From contig CAVXGK010000001.1 in assembly GCA_963761305.1 (NCBI GenBank), positions 1,376,001-1,440,000 of the forward strand: a stretch of DNA of 64,000 nt, read 5' to 3'. The DNA is from an uncultured Gemmatimonadaceae bacterium. Lineage in GTDB: Bacteria; Gemmatimonadota; Gemmatimonadetes; Gemmatimonadales; Gemmatimonadaceae. The translations under genes were made by a program, and so were the position numbers. Positions 1 through 9,353 of this stretch are shown in pieces. Position 1 is the stretch's first letter, and every line of letters begins with the position of its first letter. The notes beneath the pieces were generated by a model. The model searched no databases. It was given only the letters and a program-made list of their open reading frames with translations, and was not told the DNA's origin.

Positions 1-101
1 GAAAATCGTGGAGCAGCGATCCCAGCGCCCCTTCCGCGCCCGATGACGGGTTCGGCCACACGAATTCCGTAAAGATTGTAGGCAGAGGATCGACTTCGTG
101 A
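1..101 (+). CDS. 3' end of a CBM48/AMPK-beta-like glycogen-binding-domain protein (truncated by window start); probable paralog of 44987..45568
   Basis: Frame 3 reads KSWSSDPSAPSAPDDGFGHTNSVKIVGRGSTS*, aligning with VWVADPTAPRVVDNDYGLPNSAIVV of the 44987..45568 protein. TGA at 99-101 overlaps the GTG at 98 of the next gene. Not in the ORF track. Confidence 0.8.
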   Translation, partial: KSWSSDPSAPSAPDDGFGHTNSVKIVGRGSTS

Positions 102-802
102 CCTTCGTTCGCGGTCTGGCTACTCGCATGACCGACGTCGTGGCGCGCCATGCGCGCCGCAGCGCCGCGGTGGCCCTCGCGCTCGCCGCAGCGGCCCCCA
201 TCGTGGTGCGCGCTCAGCAGGATCCCGAACCCGATCGCCTCGCTCGACTCGACGTCGGGAGTCGCTACAACATTCAGCTGATGATGGACTCGGCGGGCAC
301 CGAGGGTCTTCCCGCGAAAGCCCTCCGCTCCAAGGCCTACGAGGGCATGAGCAAGAAGGCCGACGGCCGACAGATCGTCGCCGCCGTGCGCCGCGAGCTC
401 ATCGCGCTGCGAATCGCTCGGGTTCAGCTCGGCGACGTCGACGATGAAGAGTTGATGGCCGCGGCCGCCGTCGTCGAAGCGGGCGGAAAGCCGACGCAGC
501 TTAGCGCGTTCCGATCGCGCGCGAAGAATCGAAGCGACCTCGAGGCGTTCACCATCTGGGCGAGTTTGATGGCGCGCGGCGTCCCCATCGAAGACGCGTC
601 CTCGGCGATATCCAAGCTGTGGCAGGATGGAGCCGATGACGCCACGTTCGTGAGCTTGTGGAACAACGTGCAGTCCGACATTCTTAGAGGGCTCAATCCG
701 GGGACGGCGCTACAAAACCGGATTCGAGAAGCCCCCGGTCGGACCCCACCCAGCAAGGGTCAGCCGCCTGAGGGGCAGCAGGAGAGCGAACGCCCGGAGT
801 AG
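98..802 (+). CDS. Secreted alpha-helical hypothetical protein; paralog of 44370..44990
   Basis: Signal-peptide-like N-terminus (RRSAAVALALAAAAPIVVRA|QQ). Shares RLARLD..DSA...LP...L..KA.EG..K..DG..IV.AV and NV..DI.RG..P with 44370..44990. Start may be the ATG at 128. Confidence 0.8.
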   Translation: MTFVRGLATRMTDVVARHARRSAAVALALAAAAPIVVRAQQDPEPDRLARLDVGSRYNIQLMMDSAGTEGLPAKALRSKAYEGMSKKADGRQIVAAVRRELIALRIARVQLGDVDDEELMAAAAVVEAGGKPTQLSAFRSRAKNRSDLEAFTIWASLMARGVPIEDASSAISKLWQDGADDATFVSLWNNVQSDILRGLNPGTALQNRIREAPGRTPPSKGQPPEGQQESERPE

Positions 803-817
803 AACGCTCGGAGTGAT

Positions 818-2119
818 ATGAACGAGCCGAAGGTTGCCATCATTGCACTGACTACTGCGCTGCTCGTTGCGGTTCCTTCGGGATCGCGACTGGCGGCGCA
901 GATCGTCTCCAAGCTGGAGGCTGGTCAGTACACGGTGTCCGACGGCGCTCTTCCGATCAGCGCACTCCGCTTCGCTCCGTCGTTCGAGTGGTACCGTCCG
1001 TACGCCAAGATCACCGCGCACGGCTCGGCGTTGCTGTCAGACCAGGCGCTTCAGGTGGCCGACGGCATCGTCTCCGGCACGTTCACCTCGCCGACCGTCT
1101 ACGGCGTGCGCGCCGAAATGCTCGGCAACGCCAGCCGCGCGATGGACGACCGCTCGCTGGGCACCGACCAGGTCGACGTACAGACCCGTGTGCACGTCCT
1201 CTTCCAGGACTACGGTGGGATGTGGTTCGGCGGCGGCGTGGCTCGCCCGTGGCGGGTCGCGGTGATCTCCAGCGCCGACGTGGCCGACGCCGGCGTGTGG
1301 ACGAAGCTCGGCGACATCACGAACAAATTCGGCGTCGCCACCCTCACGACGACGTTCACCAACTTCTCGTTCAGCAAGATCGCCGCTCTTCACGACACGT
1401 TGAGCGAGGCGGTTTCGTGTTCGACCGCGACGCCGGTGGCAAGCGTCGTCGGGGTTGTCGCGGCCGTGCAGGCGCTCAGCATCGCGTCGTCCTCGAGTGA
1501 CGCGTGCGACCGACAATCGCGGTTCAGCGATCTCGAGGCGTCGTTCCACTGGGAAGTCGGACCGCTCGAGCTCACGGGACAGATGGGCCACCGCTTCGGC
1601 AACTCCTACGACGTCACGCCCGACTCGCGTCGTTGGAGCTCGGCCGGTGCCACGATGTGGGTGAGCGATCGTATCGCGTTCGTCGCCGGCGGCGGGCGCC
1701 AGCCGGCGCTCCCCCTCCGCGGCATTGCGGCGCGCTCGTTCGGAATGGCCGGAATGGAGATCGCATACTCGCCGATCTCCAAGGCTGCCATACCGGTTTC
1801 GCTCCCGCACACGGTGCTCGTCCGCACCTTCGAGACTCACCCGGCGACGAACGGCATGGAGAAGATCGTCATCCACGTCGGCGGCGTCGAAGCGGTCGAA
1901 GTGATGGGCGACTTCAGCGACTGGAGTCCGCTCACCCTCACGCGCCGCGGACGCGACCTCTGGGAGCTGGCGCTTCCGCTCTCCCCCGGCGTCCACAGCG
2001 TCAACGTGCGCGTCGACGGCGGCCCGTGGGCTCCGCCGCCCGGCGTTCCGACGATGCGCGACGGCTTCAATGGCGAAGTCGGCCTGGTCGTCGTGTCGCG
2101 AGAGAAAGGCAGCCACTGA
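818..2119 (+). CDS. Secreted beta-rich (putative outer-membrane) protein with C-terminal CBM48/AMPK-beta-like domain
   Basis: Signal peptide, then alternating hydrophobic/aromatic strands (SAGATMWVSDRIAFVAGGGRQ). C-terminus reads VEVMGDFSDW...WELALPLSPGVHSVNVRVDGGPW...DGFNG. GGAG RBS upstream. Confidence 0.75.
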   Translation: MNEPKVAIIALTTALLVAVPSGSRLAAQIVSKLEAGQYTVSDGALPISALRFAPSFEWYRPYAKITAHGSALLSDQALQVADGIVSGTFTSPTVYGVRAEMLGNASRAMDDRSLGTDQVDVQTRVHVLFQDYGGMWFGGGVARPWRVAVISSADVADAGVWTKLGDITNKFGVATLTTTFTNFSFSKIAALHDTLSEAVSCSTATPVASVVGVVAAVQALSIASSSSDACDRQSRFSDLEASFHWEVGPLELTGQMGHRFGNSYDVTPDSRRWSSAGATMWVSDRIAFVAGGGRQPALPLRGIAARSFGMAGMEIAYSPISKAAIPVSLPHTVLVRTFETHPATNGMEKIVIHVGGVEAVEVMGDFSDWSPLTLTRRGRDLWELALPLSPGVHSVNVRVDGGPWAPPPGVPTMRDGFNGEVGLVVVSREKGSH

Positions 2120-2140
2120 GATTCTGGCTCCAAGCAGCCG

Positions 2141-2196
2141 AAAAACATGGGGAACCGCCTCGGGAAGCCTCCCGATCGCAGTTCCCCAATTTTTTT
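2141..2196. terminator. Probable bidirectional intrinsic terminator
   Basis: AAAAA-ca-TGGGGAAC...CGGGA/TCCCG...GTTCCCCA-a-TTTTTTT between convergent genes. Confidence 0.7.
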
Positions 2197-2228
2197 CTGC
2201 CGTGCGCGTACGAACCCGCTGACCGCCC

Positions 2229-3413
2229 TTAGTCCGCCGCCTCCGTTCCGAAATCGAATCCCGGAACCGAGATCCGCGGAATTGGCTGGCCGATCACGCG
2301 CTCGATCAGTCGCACCATCGCGATCTCGTCGGGCGACATGAACGTGAAGGCATCGCCTTCCTTCGCCGCGCGACCCGTGCGGCCGATGCGGTGGACGTAG
2401 TCTTCGGCCTGTTGGGGCACGTCGTAGTTGATGACGTGCGTGATGCCGGAGATGTCGAGACCGCGCTGCGCGATGTCGGTCGCCACGAGCACTCGCACTC
2501 GTCCGCTCCTGAAGTCCTCGAGCGCCCGCGCGCGTTGCGGCTGCGTCTTGTCGGCGTGCAACGCCGCCGACTCGATGCCGTCTCGCTCGAGATGCCGCAC
2601 GACGCGGTCGGCGCCGTGCTTCGTGCGCGTGAACACGAGCACCGAATCGAGCTGGTCTTGTCGCAGAAGACACGCGAGGAGCGCGCTCTTTCGTTCGCGG
2701 GGGACCGGGTACACCGCGTGCGATACGGTGTTAGCCGCCTGTGAGCGACGCCCCACCTGCACGACGACCGGCTTGCGAAGATACTTCCGCGCCAGCGCTT
2801 CGACTTCCGGCGGCATCGTCGCGCTGAACAACAGCGTTTGGCGATAGCTCGGAATCTGCCCGACGATCCGGTTGATCTGCGGCGCGAAGCCCATGTCGAG
2901 CATGCGGTCCGCTTCGTCGAGCACCAGCACCTCGAGATCGTCGAACACGACGTTCTGCCGCTCGAGGTGATCGATCAGCCGCCCGGGCGTCGCGACGACG
3001 ATGTCGACGCCGGCGCGCAGTCGCTTCTGCTGCGGCTCGATCGGCACGCCGCCGTACACCGTTGCCGCGCCCAGCTCCGCGTGTCGCGCGTACTTTCGCA
3101 CGCTCTCCTCGACCTGGACGCACAGCTCGCGAGTCGGCGTGAGCACGAGGGCTCGCGTACGACGTGGTCCGTTGAGGAGTCGATCGACGATGGGGAGTGT
3201 GAACGCGGCCGTCTTGCCGGTTCCGGTTTGCGCGAGTCCCATCACGTCGCGCCCTTTGAGAATCAGCGGGATCGCCTGTGCCTGGATCGGCGTCGGATGT
3301 TGGTATCCCGCGTCGCGGACCGCGCTCAGCGCTTCCGCCGACAGCCCGAGCTCGTCGAATGACCGAGTCTCGGCGGCTGCCTCCTGCTCTACTTCAGTTG
3401 TGTGTGTTGCCAT
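2229..3413 (-). CDS. DEAD-box ATP-dependent RNA helicase (RhlE-like)
   Basis: Q motif PTPIQ, AQTGTGKT, PTREL, TPGR, DEAD, SAT, HRIGRTGR. Start is ATG 3413 or 3422. Confidence 0.95.
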   Translation of the reverse strand: MATHTTEVEQEAAAETRSFDELGLSAEALSAVRDAGYQHPTPIQAQAIPLILKGRDVMGLAQTGTGKTAAFTLPIVDRLLNGPRRTRALVLTPTRELCVQVEESVRKYARHAELGAATVYGGVPIEPQQKRLRAGVDIVVATPGRLIDHLERQNVVFDDLEVLVLDEADRMLDMGFAPQINRIVGQIPSYRQTLLFSATMPPEVEALARKYLRKPVVVQVGRRSQAANTVSHAVYPVPRERKSALLACLLRQDQLDSVLVFTRTKHGADRVVRHLERDGIESAALHADKTQPQRARALEDFRSGRVRVLVATDIAQRGLDISGITHVINYDVPQQAEDYVHRIGRTGRAAKEGDAFTFMSPDEIAMVRLIERVIGQPIPRISVPGFDFGTEAAD

Positions 3414-3676
3414 GGGTTCCATTGATGTCGCACCGGGGCCGCGCAACCCGGGGCCTTCCCGGGACCGGTGCTTCTACTCGTGCCGGCACTTTGCCGGCTC
3501 TGCATCACGGAGCTGCCAGCTCCGAGAAAGCGAGGGGCGTTGCGGCCCGCGCACGTTTCGCACTCAATGCACGTCGCTCCCCGCCGCCGCGACGGTCCTG
3601 GCGGCCTCCCAGGTTTTCGGGAGACCCCGGCCGCGGCACTGCTGATTAACAATTTAACTCGTTATCAGACTTAGCG

Positions 3677-4561
3677 CTAGCCAACGTTACGCACTCGATT
3701 CAGAAAAGAAGCGACGAGCTGAAGTGTTTCGTCGGGTCTCTCCTCGTGCGCCACGTGTCCGGTGTCCAACTTGTGTACCGTCCCCCCCGGAATCGCGGCC
3801 GCGGCAGCACCTGCGTCTCGTATCAGACGATCCTTCCGGCCGAGTATCACCTCACTCGGTACCGCCAGACGCGCTAATTGCGACTCGGCGAGCGGTCTCC
3901 AGTCGAATTCTTCCGCCGACGCCCGCGCGGCGAGGGAAAAGCCGGGCAACTGCGTCGGTGCCCAGTATTCGTCGATGTCGCGCCTTTCGACCCGGGACGC
4001 GTCCGAATAGGCGAGATGGCGGAGGATCCACGCAGCCATCGCGCGCGGAACGAGCCACCTGTCGCCCACGGCCGCGAGCGAGCGCGGCATCAACCGCGGC
4101 AAACTGAGGAACGAGACCCGCACGAGCCCCGTCGGGCAAATCAGGACGAGGCCGCGCAGGCGCTCCGGTCGCGCCAGGGCGTACGCCAGCGCGATGCCGC
4201 CGCCCATCGAATGCCCCACGAGCACGACGCGCCGCAACGACAGCTCGTCGAGCAGCGCGTCGAGATCGGCGACGTACGCGTCGAGCGTGTACGAGTCGCG
4301 AGCGCCCGGCTTGTCCGACAACCCGAAGCCGCGGAGGTCCACCGCGAAACAGCGTGCGCCCAGCGCGGGCAGCGACTCGAGCTCGTGCCGGAACGAGTAC
4401 GCCGACGCGACCCATCCGTGCAGCATCACGACGTCGATGTCGCCACCGGCTCCGCTTTCGAGTATTCGAACGCGCGTTTGTGTGATGAGGGTCACAAAAC
4501 GAACGGCGATGTTCTCGTGACCGGCCGGAAACATCTCGGCCGGGGACAGCGGGCGCGTCAC
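3677..4561 (-). CDS. Alpha/beta-fold hydrolase
   Basis: HGW oxyanion motif, DLRGFGLS, GHSMGG nucleophile elbow, C-terminal GH..HEE. GTGA overlap with the upstream gene. Confidence 0.9.
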   Translation of the reverse strand: MTRPLSPAEMFPAGHENIAVRFVTLITQTRVRILESGAGGDIDVVMLHGWVASAYSFRHELESLPALGARCFAVDLRGFGLSDKPGARDSYTLDAYVADLDALLDELSLRRVVLVGHSMGGGIALAYALARPERLRGLVLICPTGLVRVSFLSLPRLMPRSLAAVGDRWLVPRAMAAWILRHLAYSDASRVERRDIDEYWAPTQLPGFSLAARASAEEFDWRPLAESQLARLAVPSEVILGRKDRLIRDAGAAAAAIPGGTVHKLDTGHVAHEERPDETLQLVASFLNRVRNVG

Positions 4562-5739
4562 ACGAGCTCGATCGTTCGTCCCGCGATCCGGCCGATGAGG
4601 CCGAGTCGGAAGGTCACGTCGGTCCAGCGCTCGTCGCCGGCCAGATGATCCTCGAGCGGATACAGCGGCCAGAGATAGGGATTCGAGCTGCGCACGGCGG
4701 ACATTCCCTTGTGCGGATGCCAGACGCCGTGCTCGTCACGATCGTCGAGGAACCGATCGTAGAGCTTGCTCCAGTTTTCGTTGCGGCGGAGATATCCGAG
4801 CCGCGCCATCAGCTCGAGCCACGTGATCGCGAACGCCACGTCGTCGTCGGCGGCGTTGCGATTCGGCAGCATGTCGCCGAGGATCAACTGCGGCTGCGGG
4901 ATCGGCTTTTTTCCGACCAGCTGCAAGCCTTCCTGCCGGGGCAACGGTTGCGACAAATGCTGATAGATGGCCGCCATTGCGTCGTGATGCTCGGTGCGGA
5001 AGAGCGGCATGTACGCCAGCATGAACAGCAGATGGATCGACGGCGGCGCGGCCTCGGCGGCGAGCACATGCTGATTGCCGAACCGAATGAACGGCTTCTG
5101 CGCGAGTGGAGAGCGAATGTATGCGACGGTGCGCTCGAGAATTCGCCGCGCCGCGCCGCGAAGACGCGGATCACCCTCGTAGCCGGCTTGTGCGAGCGCG
5201 GCCGCCGCCGCCTCTCGAAGAGTCGCGCGCGAACGGCGCGCGAGATCTTCGTCGATCGTTCCTTTGCTACCGAATTCGAACAGGTATTCCGGATCGTCGT
5301 CTTCGGCGAGCAAGCGAAAGAGAATTCGTCGCGCGTGCGTGAGCGGCGGCGTGTCTTTGTCCCATCCGTACTCGAGCAAGCGACGCACGGCGGTGATGGT
5401 GCCGATGCCGTCGAAGTGCTCTCCCCGAGCCGATGGGATCGAGAGCATCGCGTGATTCCACGTGCCGTCGACCTGCTGCATCAGAGCCAACGTCAATGCC
5501 GGTTCGTACGTAAACGGGAGTGACGCAACCTGCTCGGCGATCACGCCGGACGGTTTTGCGACTTCCGTCACAGATCGGAACTTGATCGGCGCCGACGCGT
5601 GCTCGAGGAGCCACGTGATCGGAAACGAAATCGGAGGTGACGGGGGCGCCGCAGCCGGAGTCAGTGCCGTTGCGGATGACGGAAGCGGCGCTGCTGGGGT
5701 GGTACTCGACGAAGGCGAGGTGGGCGGCGGCAGAGTCAC
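4558..5739 (-). CDS. Hypothetical protein, possibly alpha/alpha-barrel (prenyltransferase/squalene-cyclase repeat-like)
   Basis: 393-aa ORF with QQVDGTW and RDEHGVW (QW-repeat-like) motifs and a Pro/Ser-rich N-terminus. Confidence 0.6.
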   Translation of the reverse strand: MTLPPPTSPSSSTTPAAPLPSSATALTPAAAPPSPPISFPITWLLEHASAPIKFRSVTEVAKPSGVIAEQVASLPFTYEPALTLALMQQVDGTWNHAMLSIPSARGEHFDGIGTITAVRRLLEYGWDKDTPPLTHARRILFRLLAEDDDPEYLFEFGSKGTIDEDLARRSRATLREAAAAALAQAGYEGDPRLRGAARRILERTVAYIRSPLAQKPFIRFGNQHVLAAEAAPPSIHLLFMLAYMPLFRTEHHDAMAAIYQHLSQPLPRQEGLQLVGKKPIPQPQLILGDMLPNRNAADDDVAFAITWLELMARLGYLRRNENWSKLYDRFLDDRDEHGVWHPHKGMSAVRSSNPYLWPLYPLEDHLAGDERWTDVTFRLGLIGRIAGRTIELV

Positions 5740-5918
5740 GAGGTCGCTCGGTCCGAGCCTGCAGTACCCGGCCAGCTTCGGCGCTGGTGAACGAGAATCA
5801 TCCTGCGTCAGGGCGGGTAAGGATAGCAGGTTTGAGTTTTTGCGCTAGAGGGCGTCAACTAACGTGTTGCGCTCAAATTGGTTGTCGATGCGAGGGATCA
5901 GGGCGCAACCCATGCTGA

Positions 5919-5937
5919 TGTCGCAATCCTGTCGCAA
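5919..5937 (+). promoter_or_regulatory. Direct repeat TGTCGCAA-N3-TGTCGCAA, candidate OmpR/PhoB-family operator
   Basis: Exact 8-bp repeat with 11-bp periodicity about 75 bp upstream of the Spy/CpxP-like gene. Confidence 0.4.
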
Positions 5938-6012
5938 GGAAGTTTGTACACGCAGGAACGCAGGCTGATGCACGCACGGCGGTATCTCCAACAACTCTTT
6001 GGGGGCAGAAAC

Positions 6013-6372
6013 ATGAAGACGATGACCCGGATGGCGATGATGGCGGCCGTGATGTTCTTGGCCGTGGCAAGCGTCGGTCAGGCGCAGGGTGGCGGGCGCG
6101 GCAACAACCGCATCGACGGGGTTCTCAAGGATTCGCTGAAGGTCTCGGACGCGATCCTCGCGAAGGCCGACTCGATCCAGAAGAAGTACGCCGAGGAGAT
6201 GCAGCCGCTCATGCAGGCGATGCGCGGCGGCGATGCTGATGCGCGTACGAAAATGACCGAAATCCGCGCCAAGCAGACGACCGACATCAAGGCGCTGCTC
6301 ACGGCCGACCAGGCCGCGCAGTTCGACAAGATCATGGCCGCGATGCCGCAGGGCCGCCGCGGCGGTCAGTAA
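6013..6372 (+). CDS. Spy/CpxP-like (LTXXQ) periplasmic helical protein
   Basis: ATG 6013 after GGGGG, signal peptide ending GQA|Q, Met/Gln-rich helices, LLTADQAAQF motif. Confidence 0.75.
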   Translation: MKTMTRMAMMAAVMFLAVASVGQAQGGGRGNNRIDGVLKDSLKVSDAILAKADSIQKKYAEEMQPLMQAMRGGDADARTKMTEIRAKQTTDIKALLTADQAAQFDKIMAAMPQGRRGGQ

Positions 6373-6397
6373 CTGATCGCATAGCAGTCGAACCACG

Positions 6398-6435
6398 AAA
6401 GCGCGGGCCGTCGCAACGACGGCCCGCGTTTTTTT
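6398..6435 (+). terminator. Intrinsic terminator
   Basis: GCGCGGGCCGTCG-CAA-CGACGGCCCGCGT followed by a T run. Confidence 0.85.
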
Positions 6436-6506
6436 ACGGGATGGATTACTGGCATTCTCAAACCGCGCCGAGCATCTTCTCCGCCCCATGAAAGACGGGC
6501 GAACGC

Positions 6507-7325
6507 GTGCGCGGTGAGTTCATCGATCTGTCGGGCGCGCGTCTGTACTACTACGCCGCCGGCACGCGTGGCTCGGGCAATCCTGTCGTCTTCATTCACG
6601 GATTCCCCACGTCGGGCCATCTGTGGAGCGACGTCGTGCCGCTCATGCCGTCCGGCCACCGGCTCGTCGTGCTCGATCTCCTCGGCTACGGGCGCAGCGA
6701 CCGCCCTCTCTCGCGCGGCGTCGACGCAACGGCGCACGCCGATCGCGTCGTCGCCCTGCTCGACGAGCTGCGCATCGATCGCGCCTGCCTCGTCGGCCAC
6801 GGATTCGGTGGCGGCGTCGCCCAGTCGGTCGCCGTGCGGTACCCGCGCCGCGTGTCGCACCTCTGTCTCGTCGACAGCATCGGCTTCGACCGCTGGCCGA
6901 TCGCCCGTCTTCGCGTGTCGCGCGCAATGCTGCCGCTCGCGCCGATCATGCCGCCGTCGTTCGTTCTCTCGCGCCTTCGGCACGAGGTGGAACGCGGTTT
7001 CGGCGACCGCCTGCGCGCCGCGCGCTCGATCGATCTCTACGTGCGGCCGTTCGCCGGGCCGGAGGGAATGCAGGCGCTCGCCGCGCACATTAGAGGAATC
7101 TCAATCGCGGAGCGCGACGTCCAGTCCCGGCTCTCGTCGCTCGACGTTCCGGCCGCCGTCGTCTGGGGCCGTCGGGACCGGGTGCTGCCGCTCGACACGG
7201 GAAAGCTGCTCGCGCGCCAGATTCCGCACGCGACGCTCGACGTGATCGACGACGGCCATCATTTCACGCCGGAAGAAACGCCGCGCCAGGTCGCCGACGC
7301 GATCGCGACGCTGCTTCGCCGGTAA
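6507..7325 (+). CDS. Alpha/beta-fold hydrolase homolog with non-canonical nucleophile (GHGFGG)
   Basis: HGFP, DLLGYGRS, WGRRD and GHHFTPEE motifs. Nucleophile position is Gly. Confidence 0.85.
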   Translation: MRGEFIDLSGARLYYYAAGTRGSGNPVVFIHGFPTSGHLWSDVVPLMPSGHRLVVLDLLGYGRSDRPLSRGVDATAHADRVVALLDELRIDRACLVGHGFGGGVAQSVAVRYPRRVSHLCLVDSIGFDRWPIARLRVSRAMLPLAPIMPPSFVLSRLRHEVERGFGDRLRAARSIDLYVRPFAGPEGMQALAAHIRGISIAERDVQSRLSSLDVPAAVVWGRRDRVLPLDTGKLLARQIPHATLDVIDDGHHFTPEETPRQVADAIATLLRR

Positions 7326-7328
7326 GGC

Positions 7329-9347
<2,019 letters not shown>

Positions 9348-9353
9348 ACCGGT

